From the NCBI RefSeq assembly GCF_964355755.1, contig NC_092670.1:26274795-26338794 (forward strand): DNA of 64,000 bases. Direction: 5' to 3'. The number at the start of each line of letters is the position of its first letter. The first letter of the stretch is position 1. This stretch comes from Antedon mediterranea. Taxonomy: Eukaryota; Animalia; Echinodermata. A program made the translations under genes and the position numbers. Below the pieces are notes generated by a model. The model searched no databases, was not told the DNA's origin, and worked only from the letters and a program-made list of their open reading frames with translations. Positions 12,840-26,000 of this stretch are shown here, in pieces.

Positions 12840-15800
12840 CTAATCAGAGTATTGCAAAAGTAATTTATTTTTGTATTTTATTTTAAAAGTTATAGGATTC
12901 TTAAGTAACTTAAGAGTCTCAGGTATATCACGCCAAAGTTCAACCCCTTTACTAACTAAACTTAATGATTTTTGAGTGGTTCTTTTAAATTGTGGGTAGA
13001 AATGGTGTTTTTGTCGCGTGTATTTATAGTGGACAGCTGAGCATAAAATGAAATTATTTTGAACAATCACTGGGAGTAAGTTATGAAAAGCTTTATGCAT
13101 TAGAGAAACGGTATATAGTTTTATTAAATTATAAAGATCAAGAGTTTTAAAAAAATTAAAAATTGGTTTACTTGGACTGGTGTATGGGACTTTCATAACA
13201 AGTCTGAGTGCCTTTTTTTGTAATATGTATAAACAATTTAAATTAGTTTTAAAGGTATTACCCCAGACTTCACAACAATATGTAAAATAAGGCAAAACTA
13301 ATGAATTATATAATTTAAATAAAGCTGATGTATTTAGTAAATGTTTTACTTTATAAATAATTCCAATACTTTTAGAAATTTTGGAATGAATATATTCAAT
13401 ATGATACTTCCAATTTAGTTTTCCATCAATAATAACTCCTAAAAACTTTATTTTATTTACCCGTTCAATTGCAACACCACTAATAACTAAATTGGTTGGT
13501 TCATAATTGTTTTTGCGACTAAAAACAATATACTTTGTCTTACTATGATTCAACGTCAATTTATTTACCTTAAACCAAGTATCAATTTTTTTTAGCTCAT
13601 CATTAATAATATTACAGATACATTGCAGGTTCTTACCAGAAAAAAGTATGTTCGTATCATCAGCATAAAGCGTGTATTTCAATAGGGAAGAAGCATTACA
13701 AATGTCATTAATATATAAAAGGAATAAAGTGGGCCCCAAAATAGATCCCTGTGGGATGCCACATAAAATGTCTGATAATTCTGAGGTGGTATCACCACGT
13801 ATTGTCACAAATTGTTTTCTGTTAGAAAGATAATTTTGGATCCATTTATTGGCAATTCCACGAATACCATAAGCTTCAAGTTTTTTTATAAGGATATTGT
13901 GGTCGATGGTATCAAACGCCTTTTTTAAGTCAATAAAAATTCCGATTGTATAGTTAGACCTGTCCATCTCTTTAAGTATATACTCGGAAAAGTGAAGCAA
14001 TGCATGGCTAGTGGACATATTTTTCCTAAAACCAAATTGTCCTGAGTATAGAATGTTAAATTTGTCAATAAATTTCAACAGACGGTTGTTAAATAATTTT
14101 TCAAAAATTTTAGAAAATTGGGGCAGCAAGGAGATCGGTCGATAATTTGAAAAACTACTTTTATCCCCAGCTTTGAAGATGGGAACAATTTTTGCAATCT
14201 TAAGGGTATCTGGGAAAATACCAGTCTCAAGCGAACGATTAAAAATATGTGTCAATGGCTCACTGATTTCGTATATAATGTGTTTAACTATTGACATAGG
14301 TACGTCATCATGTCCGCTGGAATTTTTAGACTTAAATAAGTTCACTTCTGTAATTAATTCTTCTTTGGAAGTGGCCTCTAAAAAAATAGAATTTGGAATA
14401 CGTTTTTTAATATAATCATTGGGACTATCACGACTTGGAAATTGACTTGTTATTTTTTTGGCTAGGTTAGGTCCTACGGTAGCAAAAAAAGTATTGAAAC
14501 CATTTATAGTATCAACAGGATTATCGATAAAATCTTTTGGCAGATTTCCATAATTTCTTGTTTTAATCAGACCATTTATGATACTCCAAGTACCCCTAAT
14601 ATCATTTTGTTTTAATAATAATAAGTTATTATAATATTGTTTCTCAGCATTTCTTAGAATATTTGTTAGCTTATTTTTGTATCGCTTATACTTTTTTGAA
14701 GACAGTTGTGTTCGATCTTTTAAAAAATGTTTATATAGATTATTCTTCTTTTTACATGCATTAATTAGGCCAGGTGTGAGCCAGGGTTTTGAATTACTTT
14801 TTTGTGTCAATTTAATCTTTTGGGGAGGGAAATATTTATTGAATAGGTATATAAAATTACCATTAAAAACATCGTAAGCATTATTTGGATCTTCTTCATT
14901 AAATACACTGTTCCAATCAGTGCAACGCAAATCATTTTTTAAAGCATTCATTTTAACCTCAGTAAAATATCTTTTAGTAATATATTCATGTGCAATACTT
15001 GGCGTAACATTATAATTAATTGTTGTAAAAATTGGTAAATGATCTGTGATATCGTTAATCAAGATACCACTTTTTATAACAGAATGAACATCAGAAGTGA
15101 AACAATTATCTATTAAGGTTGCTGTTGTTTCTGTTATTCTTGTTGGTTTGGTAATTAGAGGAAAAAGTCCTAAACTAAAACTATTATCAATAAAACATTT
15201 AGTGTCCCAATTACTCTCATGTTTAAGTAGATCTATATTCCAGTCACCACATATAAATAACCGCTTATCATTCATGGACTTGACCAAATCTGAAAATGTG
15301 TCGGTAAATATTTTTATATCTGTACCAGGTGCACGATATATACATGATATGTAAATTGGATTAGAATTATTAATATAGACAATAGCAGAAATATATTCAC
15401 AGCAGTCGGGTATCACGGATGACATATTATCAACAACATTATGTTTAAGACTTTCTCTTATAAAAAGAGCAACACCCCCTCCATACTTTTCTTGTCTTGA
15501 AATACTATAAAATACATAGCCATTAATGTGAAAAGTAATCGGATTATCAGGTCGTATCCACGTTTCTGTAATTGCAATTACGTCAGGTGATGCTCCCAAC
15601 TCTGATAAATAATTTTTTATTTTGTCAAAATTTGCACCCATACTACGACTATTAAAATGAATAATAGTAAACTTATTTTTAATATTACATTCTCTACTAA
15701 ATTGTTCATCTGTGTAGTAATTGCACTCCCAATTCATATTATTTAGAATGTTATTATCAGGATCTCTATCTCCGTCAAGATTGCTAGGATTAAACACAGA

Positions 15801-15845
15801 TGATGAAAGGGAGCCTAAATTAAGGTCAATTAAAGATTCTTCCAT
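12840..15845 (-). CDS. LINE ORF2: AP endonuclease + reverse transcriptase (1001 aa, uninterrupted)
   Basis: EN motifs HFNSRS, AITETW, GGGVALFI, YRAPG, GDWN, TLIDN, ITDHLPI; RT motifs [39 protein letters not shown]. Confidence 0.97.
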   Translation of the reverse strand: MEESLIDLNLGSLSSSVFNPSNLDGDRDPDNNILNNMNWECNYYTDEQFSRECNIKNKFTIIHFNSRSMGANFDKIKNYLSELGASPDVIAITETWIRPDNPITFHINGYVFYSISRQEKYGGGVALFIRESLKHNVVDNMSSVIPDCCEYISAIVYINNSNPIYISCIYRAPGTDIKIFTDTFSDLVKSMNDKRLFICGDWNIDLLKHESNWDTKCFIDNSFSLGLFPLITKPTRITETTATLIDNCFTSDVHSVIKSGILINDITDHLPIFTTINYNVTPSIAHEYITKRYFTEVKMNALKNDLRCTDWNSVFNEEDPNNAYDVFNGNFIYLFNKYFPPQKIKLTQKSNSKPWLTPGLINACKKKNNLYKHFLKDRTQLSSKKYKRYKNKLTNILRNAEKQYYNNLLLLKQNDIRGTWSIINGLIKTRNYGNLPKDFIDNPVDTINGFNTFFATVGPNLAKKITSQFPSRDSPNDYIKKRIPNSIFLEATSKEELITEVNLFKSKNSSGHDDVPMSIVKHIIYEISEPLTHIFNRSLETGIFPDTLKIAKIVPIFKAGDKSSFSNYRPISLLPQFSKIFEKLFNNRLLKFIDKFNILYSGQFGFRKNMSTSHALLHFSEYILKEMDRSNYTIGIFIDLKKAFDTIDHNILIKKLEAYGIRGIANKWIQNYLSNRKQFVTIRGDTTSELSDILCGIPQGSILGPTLFLLYINDICNASSLLKYTLYADDTNILFSGKNLQCICNIINDELKKIDTWFKVNKLTLNHSKTKYIVFSRKNNYEPTNLVISGVAIERVNKIKFLGVIIDGKLNWKYHIEYIHSKISKSIGIIYKVKHLLNTSALFKLYNSLVLPYFTYCCEVWGNTFKTNLNCLYILQKKALRLVMKVPYTSPSKPIFNFFKTLDLYNLIKLYTVSLMHKAFHNLLPVIVQNNFILCSAVHYKYTRQKHHFYPQFKRTTQKSLSLVSKGVELWRDIPETLKLLKNPITFKIKYKNKLLLQYSD

Positions 15846-16020
15846 AAGTAAGGTTTATATTGGTTGTCTTAATTGCAATATGATTAAAGAAGATTCACTA
15901 ATCTCCTTCTGTTTCTTTTGATCTTCCTTGAGTTCTTCCAACTGAGAACTGAGGTCCAGTGACTGCTTGCTCTCTTCCAGTTCTTTCTTGGTTAACATAT
16001 TTGGTACTTGTGTAATAGTT

Positions 16021-16707
16021 TCAACCATTAATGTCAACAGTATTCTTAATATGCACAATTTTTCCATCAATACGTTTAATAAAAATTTTACCATTCCTGG
16101 TCCATGTGGCTTCTACTTTCTTTTGTTTTTTGAAATCTCTGGTACGCTTGAATAACTCCGCATTTGCTCTAGTCAAATGATCATTTATGTAAATATTCTC
16201 TCCTTTCAGTTTTACCTTAGCTTTCATCACTTCCTGTTTCTTTCTTCGCGAACAAAATCTAACAATAGTTAATTTCGACTTACTTTTAGTTGGTAAAATA
16301 TGTACAGCTTCCAAATCACAAGTGTTAACATCAACATTCATTTTCTCTTTAAATAACTTCAACACAGCTTCTTCGATAGACCCACGTTCTTTATCTGCGG
16401 TCTCCTCCACCGACGAAACACCAAGGTCAGCCGATGCAGCTGATGCGTATGAGGAATGCACATATTTTAGCCCCGTAATTAGAACATTATTGTTTCTGCT
16501 GTATTGTTCTAATTCGTTCACTCTATTTTCCAGTAATGAAATTTGCTTACTTTTTTTTCCATTGTCGGCCTCCAATACTTCAATCCGTTTAATGAAAGAT
16601 TCACTAATCTCCTTCTGTTCCTTTTGGCCTTCTTTGAGTTCCTCCAGCTGCGATGTTATAAAGTCAAGCGACTGCTTGATCTCTTCTAGTTCTTTCTTCG
16701 TTACCAT
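16021..16707 (-). CDS. LINE ORF1 (coiled coil + RRM-like + FP25K-like C-terminal domain), 228 aa
   Basis: N-terminal heptads, LEQYSRNNNVLITGL, IVRF, IYINDHLT...WTRNGKIFIK, typical of L2/Crack ORF1. Confidence 0.9.
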   Translation of the reverse strand: MVTKKELEEIKQSLDFITSQLEELKEGQKEQKEISESFIKRIEVLEADNGKKSKQISLLENRVNELEQYSRNNNVLITGLKYVHSSYASAASADLGVSSVEETADKERGSIEEAVLKLFKEKMNVDVNTCDLEAVHILPTKSKSKLTIVRFCSRRKKQEVMKAKVKLKGENIYINDHLTRANAELFKRTRDFKKQKKVEATWTRNGKIFIKRIDGKIVHIKNTVDING

Positions 16708-19700
16708 GATTGTTTGGGCCTAGCGCGTGTTAATCACGGAGCCGCTAAAAAAACACGTCTACCCACGCCGCATAGCGCCCTCTTCACCATAACGCCCAAA
16801 GTGGTGTATTTTTTTAGCTGATTTATTACAAATAGGTAATTCTAATGTTTAATAATTGATTTCTAAAATAAAATACTGGGGTAATTTTAAAATCTACAAG
16901 CAGTGTTGCGAGAAACATAGGCCTTTTTATAAAAAAAAAACATGGTATATTAGTAGAAACATTTTATTTTCTTTGATTATTTGATTTGAAACTCATTGGT
17001 CAGAAAAATTCTTAATGTTTTATATAGTTCTAGTTGTGTTGTGAGAAAAATTTTTTTTTTTATTATAGATTCTGTAATTCCCAGTTTTAATGTCATTTTA
17101 TAGGTTATATCCTCTGGAAATTTGAATAAATTATCAGATCGTTGTGAATTTTAATCTTTGCAACAGATTACTCCTATCTTATTTTGAAGCTCCTCTTTCA
17201 TTTGATTACTTCTTTTATTTGTTAACCTAAGCAGATCCCAAATGCCCATCCACCACCAATTTCGACTACCAACCCCCCCCCCCCCCGCCAATAACCACAA
17301 AAAGATAAACTGCAACACTTTGTTCGATCATCCTCTATAGAGTGTCAAATGCATGCATTCAAGCACCACCCACGCTGCCGCTACCATCGCCCCAATGAAT
17401 AGACGGATTCAAACTCCTCCATCCCACCCCTCCCCCTTTCTCCAAGCCCCCACCCACCCCAAGTTAAAAATTGCAATGCAAAAGATAGGACATAAAGTTA
17501 AGTTTTTAGACCCTCGCCTTCAACCCCCTAACTATTTCAAAGTCCTGGATCCACCACTTTCCCCTCTCCAAAATAGAACCAATCAAAAGAGTCAATGATA
17601 TACTCAGGTATGTTAATGCTACATAACAAATATTGAAGCCCTGATGTGAAATTTCATTTCATTTAAGGTCAGCATGTAAAATATCACACTTTATTATTAA
17701 ATACTGGTTTTAAATTCTATATTTTTTTTACTGTGATGGTTGGATTCATTAATTAATTATTAATTAATAATTATCTGATAATTATTTAATTTCATTTAGT
17801 TATGCATAGCAACAGTTACTATGGTAACTAAAATTGAGATATTCTTTAGATTTTGCATATTTATCTTATACATTAATTTAAATTTGTAGATTATTAGCAG
17901 GCATGCCTTATTTGCATTTTCAAATTACCGTTTCACAAGGTCATATTCGTAAGCACTTTCTTCTGTGATTATTTTTATTCATGAAAACCCCGTATTTTAT
18001 TTACAGCGGGCACCTCCCGTAAGCCGCACTTTGTAAAGCCTGTTTGTTCTCCCTATCTAATTAGTGCATTTGGTGCTTACCGTAAGCAGCTGCGGGCACC
18101 TTTTTATACTAAAAATGAGATTGTTTGTAAGCGGCCAATCGAAAAATGTGATAATTATTGCATGGACCTATGAATTAGAGGTGCATGTTTATTGTATTTC
18201 TTTATATATTAGCTTTATTTTGAAGAGGTTTTAAAAACATTACTGTGAAGAGATGAGAAAACTACACAGATTTTGACCGACCATTTTTCATATGATAAAA
18301 GTTTTAAAATTTGTCTCAAAAAGCTAAAAAATACTAAACCACCTGATTATAAATAATAATAGGCCTACAATTAGCTGGAAAACTGAGAGGCTCGTTTCGT
18401 TAAGAATATCGTATATAGCCATAATACGTGATTTTGGCCCTTTATTATTAAGGGGTCACCACCCGGCCACTTTTCCAGGTCCCGAGGGTGGCCACTTTCG
18501 GGAGGTTCAACTTAATTTTTTTTTAAATATCCTTAGTTACGTAAACAGGTTTAAGATAACACTAAAGGTCAATTGTTTACCTTTATTCAGATTTGTCAAG
18601 ATTTCTTTCTGAGATTATTAGGATTCAGTATTTAAAGTAAATTTGGCAAAAAGTAGAAATGTAAAACTATGTAGAAAAAATGTTTTGTATTTATGAAAAA
18701 CCCCTTATTTTTTTGAAATTTTCGCATAGAAACAGTTACTATGGTAAAATGTTGACCTCATTTGACCTCAAAATGAATGAATTTACAAGATCAAGTTTGT
18801 CATCACTTTAAGATTAATAGAATGCAGTAGAAGTAAAATTGAGAAAAATTACAAATGCAATCAATTCTTTGTATTTATAAAAACGCCATTTTTTACGTTT
18901 TTTTTTAAATTACTTTCCTTAGTTACACATAGAAATGGTTGCTAAGGTAACACTGTAGGTAAAAAATTAAAATTGTTAAGAATTTTTATGAACCATCTTG
19001 TAAATTTTGATCAAACATTAATAGTTGTAGTAAAGTGGGGATCTGTCCTGTTTTGCATTCTGACCCCTTTTGACCTCAAATGACCTATTTACAAGGTCAG
19101 ATTTTTTTGGGGGGTCTTTCTGTATCTCTTTACACAAAATAGATTTAAACATTTATAAAAACCATTGACGGAATTATTTCAAAGTTTAACATTATTTTCC
19201 ATCAACTAAATATTTCAATGCAAAATACTGTTTTTCTGGCAATTAATTGAAATAAACCTGGCAACACATTCTCCTATTTTATCTAAACTATTCGTATGAC
19301 TCTAGTAGCATTATGACAAGCCACATATACATTTTATTATTGGATTAGCCATATTTAAATTGTGTTTCATGTGTTTTTTGTTGATATTTTGTTTGTATTT
19401 TTTTGTATTTTTAGTATTTTCCTGGCAACACAAAACCTATGTACGAAATTTACCCCAGTGTTTTTTTCGTGATTATTGTTGACAAACCTATTGACTATCA
19501 AATTAAAAAACCTCATTTATTTAAAAACACCACTTTGGAAGTTATAGGTACGTTTATGAGGTATACTTTTATAAAAAAAATATTTTTTAAAAACACCCCT
19601 TTTTAAAATAATGGTATCAACCAAACTCCATTTTGTAATTTTTTTTTTTTTTACATTAAATGGAACTCAATACATGTTGTTTACACTGCTATAAACAAAT

Positions 19701-21123
19701 ACTGTATAGTGTAAGTATTTTTGGTTAAAATAAGTATACAAGTTTGTACTTTTTCACTATAGAAAATCTGTGAAAAATGGCAAAACATCAAAATTTGGAT
19801 AATTGACCGTTGTCATGGCAACGGAGGCTAAAAATTAAAATGAATGTTGTAGATATGCTTTTTATTGAAATGTCTATTCATGGTAAAAATTTGAGAGAAA
19901 TCCATTTTTTTACATCTGCCACCAAATCTTTGATTTTTACAGACAATGGCTCTTAATCGCTTGTGAATGAAACGGGCGGTTTGAAATTGTTATTACTTTA
20001 AAAAATATTACGGGCATGTCTTTGTTTTTAGATTTTAAAAATAATACTGGTTCCCCAATGCAAAAAAAAAAATGACAGCGCAGAGCATAGCCTGGAGTTT
20101 CTCATTTTTATATGCACATAGGCCTAATTGTTTAAAGAAATAGACAGCCTATATGGTAAAACGAAAAGAAATCTGGCATCCCAAACATTTAATAGATTGG
20201 TTGCCGTCCATTAATTTTTAGTTGCCAAGGAAACAACTAAATTTAACAATATTGATGATTTTACTCCGGAAAATAGAAAAACACTATTACTTATTTTACT
20301 AAGCAGGAGGGAGGGTCCCATCATTAAACTTGGTCTTAAGAAACAAATTAGAGCATATGGTAAGACATTTTGAGCGTTTCAACCGCAAGTAATGCAAAAA
20401 ATCCGTTTGCAGTTGATTTTTGTTCTTCATACCGACCATACGCTTTCTTAGCACGTAATTAATGCAAAAAAATACGTTTCCAGTTGATTTTGTTTTTCAT
20501 ACCGACCATACGCTTTCATTTCCAAACTCTAAATGCAAATTAACAACACACGTGCACGTAAAAAGTGCACTCCCCAATGGGCAATTTAATTAATTTTCAA
20601 CAGAGCGCATCTCACTTATCTGTACTACATTTTCTCTTAAATTTTAATTTGTTCTTGCTCAAACAATTATCTTTCTCATGGGTTACGACCATTTTCATTT
20701 TGATCATCATGTCTATCGTGTATAATTTCATAAGAATATCTTATATATCTGACCATCATATTATAAAAGCTGTTGAAGTTTAGATATGAATTTATGTAAA
20801 AATCGTGCCTTTCGGATGCTGTGACATCTATGATCATTTTAATTTAAAAAGTAGTCTTTTCATCTCTTTCGTCAGAGATATACAAAGTTAAAGGAGCACG
20901 CACCACGCTTCTACAAGTCCAATTATTTTCCGCATATTAATATGATTTTTCTCAGACAATTTTCTTCCGAAATTGACACCTTCGTGTTTGATTGTAATGA
21001 CAATTAGAATATAAATGTGTGGGTCCGGTAATGTCACCTATTCTACATTGTATATACAGTATACTGTACTATTGGTTTAATCAAGGATACTGAGATCGCC
21101 TTGCCAAGATAGGATTGATGTCT

Positions 21124-21611
21124 CACTGTGTTTTGTACCCACTTTTTCCACACATTTAGATTTTAAACACGTAGTTACATGTTTAGAGTGTTTAAAACCT
21201 AAACGTGTTTATAGCTACATGTTGTTTTCCTTCACTCGTTTAGCAGTCAACATGTCACTATTATGTTCAGTCAACATGTTTAGGTACACATTTAGCGTTG
21301 CGTGCATATGGTTTTACTGTGGCGGAAAAAAGCTCCACAAATGACAAATTGAACACGTTTAAACCTAAACGTTTCTTTATTTTGCTCCACATGTTTAACA
21401 ATCAACATTTCATTTTCATTTATTCCACATTTATTTAGTCATCAATTACTGATGTGTTGAGTTAGATACAGTCTACATGTTTAGAATGTATCTAGAACCT
21501 AAATATGTTCTTATCTAAACATGTTTAAGGCTAAAATTAAACCACATTTAATGTGTGGAAAAAGTGGGTACAAAATATATGTTTAAAAGATCTAAACACT
21601 ATGTTTACAGT
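21124..21611. mobile_element. palindromic MITE with CAC-type terminus (CMC-like), left end internally deleted
   Basis: ttttgtacccactttttccacacatt (21130) is inverted at aatgtgtggaaaaagtgggtacaaaa (21550); internal aaacatgttt repeats; ends cactgt / acagt. Confidence 0.55.
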
Positions 21612-21778
21612 ATCTGTATATTCTATGAAACATATTAGGCACATAAATAAAGCGTATGCATCAGGTCATAGGTTGGCATGCATCAACATTTTGTAATCAT
21701 ATTTTATTGTACGTATATGATGCGTTTGCGCGGATTTGTTAAAATTAAATGTCGGAAAAATTATCTTTATCACAAGTA

Positions 21779-23065
21779 TCTATATATAAATTTACGTAAG
21801 GGCAAAATTCGGTAAATCGCGCGTTATTTCTAGAATGTTTACTTGATGGTATATAAAGTTGGTTAGAATGTCGGTACTGATTTAAACCACCTGATGTAAC
21901 CCTGTTTACTAATTAAATTTAGTTAGATAATTAGTTATTGACAATTAAAACGAATTTAGGTTCAACGATTTGCCCCAAATAGGGGTGTTTTCCGATCGTG
22001 GTATACACTGTCTAATGGATGTCCTCATGAAAAATACCTGCACACAATAATACGAGGATACTTCGCATTTTCCTATCTCCTCCTACGATAATTGTTTTTA
22101 ATAGCTTAAAACCGGTTGAACAGCTCGAGTACAGTATCATAATGTTGAAGACAGGCCGATTTTCTTTTAAAAAAATACTATTTTGATAGATTTAATATAC
22201 GTTTATACAAATGTATTGATTTGTGATGAATGAAACATTCCAGATTATTTGGTTTAACCATGCTTGCATACCTCCATGGTTTAACGCAAGTAGGTAAATT
22301 TATGGGCCCTTGGAGAATAAACATAAATAGTATTGTAATGCTATACAATACTATAAATAGGTATTAACCACTTTAGATCGCCATTTGAATCACAAATTTC
22401 TTATTGTGTGTGTTGGGACTGTTAGATATAATATAAACAAAAATACAAATAAACTTATTACTGTGAGTGTGGGTAGCCCCTAATTTTAGATTATAAACAC
22501 ATACTAATATAATACTTTATTACTTACAGTTGCTTCTCAACGTTTGTATTAATTAATTATTACAAAAAAATATAAACGTCGTAGTGGTGTATCGTTACAT
22601 GTACTTTACTATTTCAATCGACTATGACAGTGACAATTGTAACAGTTATTAAATCGGAAATGTTTTACTCTATTTAGTGGTATATTATTTATAGGCCTAT
22701 AAAAAAATATTTCGTTACTTAGTGGATAATAAAGAAATATAAAGAATAATTTAATATAAAGAATATATTAAAAAATTGTTCCTCTTTGTATCTATCCTCA
22801 TTCCCAACCCTCAACCCTATAATGTTAGATACAAAACACAAATTGGGTTTGTATAAATAAGTCCAAATCAAACATTTTGACTCATTTTGTGACAAGTTTC
22901 TCTGTTGGAAGTAATTCCCAGGGTGCTAATTTTGGTACACTACATACATCATTGTGTATATTTATTTGTTTCTGTAAACGACAATGTTTTTTACTCATGG
23001 CGATTCGAGAACCATCTGTGGGCACGACCTAGATGGTACGCTCGCTTCGCTCACGTACCATCTAG
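21779..23065 (+). mobile_element. complete non-autonomous Helitron
   Basis: A|TCtatatataaa 5' end and a 3' hairpin ctagatggtacg-loop-cgtaccatCTAG|T. The same 5' junction recurs in the inverted copy at 37276. Confidence 0.8.
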
Positions 23066-23098
23066 TTACCTATAATTTGTCAAAGTGACGATTAAAAT

Positions 23099-26000
23099 CT
23101 AGTTTTGTTTTGTTTCTCTGTAACCTGGTGGTGGTGGTGGTGGAGTAGCTTCAAAATGTGTATAACTGTGCTGTTTAGGCCTACATTTCGAATCGTATAA
23201 CTTTTTATTAGACTTTCGTTGCGGTCGAGCGTACGAAATAGATTTCTGCTTGATGTCTTGTAGTTGACGTAACCTTCGGAGATGTTGTTGTTTTGCTTTG
23301 AGTTCTTCAGAAAAATCCGAGTCGTTGCTCTCAGAGGAACCAGCATCCGGGTCATCTGGTATGCTTAATACATCGTCATCTTGTACAAATTGTGTATTTT
23401 GCCTGGCGGAATATATAGGCATATCATGTTGCTTCTCGTTTCGAGTTTTCATATGATTTTCATTTGATTTGTTAGCCTGACTACCGTGTGAGTTTTGTTT
23501 ATCCATTTCATTTACTCTTTGGGACGTATTACGTTCCTTTGGTACCTTGACATGTTTTGAAACTAAACGCTTCCTTTCAGACCTGTAGTTGGTATTGAAT
23601 AGGTTTGTATTTCCGTTTATAGAGTAATCGGATTGTTCTTGTCTAATGTTATACTCATCGTCATCTGACGTACTGAATTGTTGGTCAATACAGTTTTCCT
23701 GATTATAATAAGTCTTACGATACCGTCCACCATTTTGTGGTGTAAACAAAAGATTGGTACTCTTTTTCTTTGATTTTCCTTTTCCTTTCAAAGACTTTTT
23801 TTTCACCTTATTTACCAGTACATCTGCATTACTTGTAGCATCACTGTACTGTGCTATTAATACGTCATGCTCGTTTGGGAGTTCAGCATTATCCGAATTG
23901 TTATCTTGCTTATGTGATTTGTACGTCTTTATTTTTGACAAAACAATTTCGTTATAAATTATTTCAGGTAGTGACGGGGACACACTTGGGACAACTTGCA
24001 CCCTCTTCTTCAACCTTCTGGGTTTCTTATCAACAACTGGAGATCGAGCATCTGGATTTTTACTAGAGTGATTTAAGACAGTTCCCGGTATCCTGGGTGG
24101 TTTGAAAAATGCTGGATTTCTAGGACCTGATTGGTAGACATACATTTGTTCAGACGACAACTTTGTGTTTAATGTTTTTTCGACTATAGATTCTTGTTTG
24201 ATGTTGTGCTTCAGGTTGGCTTTAGCAACCATAAGGCGTTTTTCGAGGACATGCTGTCTTTCCACTTGTTCTGAAAGATTACGTTCTACTTCCAATATTT
24301 TTGACTGTAGTCGCTGGGAATAGCTACAAGAAATACAAAGATAAATGTTTAATGATGGCGAGAGTTCAAAATTGGACTTAGGTGGTATAAGATGTTAGGT
24401 TATCGCTCAAAAGATTGCGAATTCGAGTCTTGAGTTCTCGCTCTTATATCTTTCCTTATCTTTATCGTTTATTATTATTAAGTATAATAACGTCTCAATG
24501 GGGTTTTTTTTTACAAGACGTAAGTAATGTAAGCATTGTCGCAAGTTCTCTAAGGGTCTTCCAAATCAAACAGACCGCTGATATTTTACCAACTACAACG
24601 GCTATCATGGTAGGAGTTTAGGTTACTAAAACAACTAGATTTAACAGTTCTTTATCAAATAAAAATTAAATTCACAATTAGAATCCAATCAAATTTGAAA
24701 AATATCATGAAAGTACAGTGGTCTAATTTAGGACATCTGCATATCAAGTAGATGGCTTGATGAGCCGTGAAATGTGCAAAAAGTCATATTTGTGCAAACA
24801 TGTTGCCTTCAAATATGCAAACAACCACATTTGTGCAAACACGGCAACCTCAAATGTGCAAACATGGCACCCTCAAATGTGCAAACATGGCACCCTCAAA
24901 TGTGCAAATCTGTAAAAATATATAATCCACTAATGTGCAAACATCACGCCGTTAAATGTAAAAACGATTAGTTTTGACGTTAAATGTGCAAATAAAATTC
25001 TACAAATGTGCAAATCATTTTTTTCAACCTAAATCGTTTATTAAAATGATAACCTAATTCTAGTCAGTCACGGTTTTTTCTAACAATATTTTCAAGATAT
25101 AGCCACTGTAGCTTCTGGCTGAAATAATTTTTTTTTTAAAACCACAATCATGTCCGGGGATGCAGGACTGACACGTGGTCGCTGCTTGCTGGAGATGGAG
25201 ACTTCCATACCATTGAAACCCTTTAAAGTTGTCCTCCTATTTTAAGGAAATTCACAAAACATAACTGAGTATCTTTTGTGAATTTCTTTTAAATTAAGTC
25301 GACAAATTTTGTATATTATTTCATTTAAAATGTATTTCTTTTATGCGCGATTTGGACAATTTATGCAATTTTAAATTTTAAAGATTTTCTTGCGCAAATA
25401 ATTTTCTTTAACAAAGGTAAATGTTATGCGTGAGTTAAAATAGCGCAAAGATTTCGTTGCGCATTTGAATTTGCGCAAGAAATATTCGCGCAATTTTAAT
25501 AACATCTATTCTTTTACCTGCATTTTTATATATGTATACGGATTTCAATGAGCTTTGGTTTTATCAAATACTGAAAAATACCATGCGCGATTTGAATATT
25601 GATGCAAGAAAATCGTGAAAACATTTCAAATTGCATACATTGTTCAAATCGCGCATAACAGAAATAATATAAAATCTAATGAACTCAGTTCATTATGTTT
25701 TGTAAATTTCGTTTAAAATAAGAGGACAACTATTAGGGACTTAAATTTCAACGGTATGAAAGTTACCATCTCCAGAGAAGCAGCGACCACGTGTCAGTCC
25801 AGCATCCCCGGACATTCGGATTGTGGTTTTTTTTTCTCAGAAAACAGATTATTTTAGCCTGTAGGCCTACTACAATATATGAAATGCTATACTTTTAAAA
25901 AATTGTTAGAAAACCCCGTGACTATTTAGATTAGGTTATCATTTTTAATAAATGATTTTGGTTGAACAAAAATGATTTGCACATTTGTAGAATTTCATTT

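Larger units (their letters stand above)
12526..16785 (-). mobile_element. full-length non-LTR retrotransposon, CR1 group (L2/Crack-like)
   Basis: Two open ORFs, a GC-richer 5' UTR (16708-16785), a 3' UTR ending in an (AAAC)n tail at 12528-12547. It splits the left arm of the TTAA element. Confidence 0.92.
12118..19952. mobile_element. long-TIR non-autonomous DNA transposon (Sola3-like: GAG...CTC termini, TTAA TSD) hosting a LINE
   Basis: ttaa|gagccattgtctgtaa ... ttacagacaatggctc|ttaa. Imperfect inverted arms continue for several hundred bp (catggcaacgg, aaaaaggggtgttttt, ccaaagtggtg, ctggggtaa) and resume after the LINE at ~16785. Confidence 0.8.

Noticed and set aside
14173-16723. plus-strand ORFs over the LINE
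   Set aside because: Antisense shadows of ORF1 and ORF2.
20930-21040. extra 3' exon of the minus-strand gene
   Set aside because: Weak acceptor and short featureless peptides in the frames tested; unsupported without RNA data.
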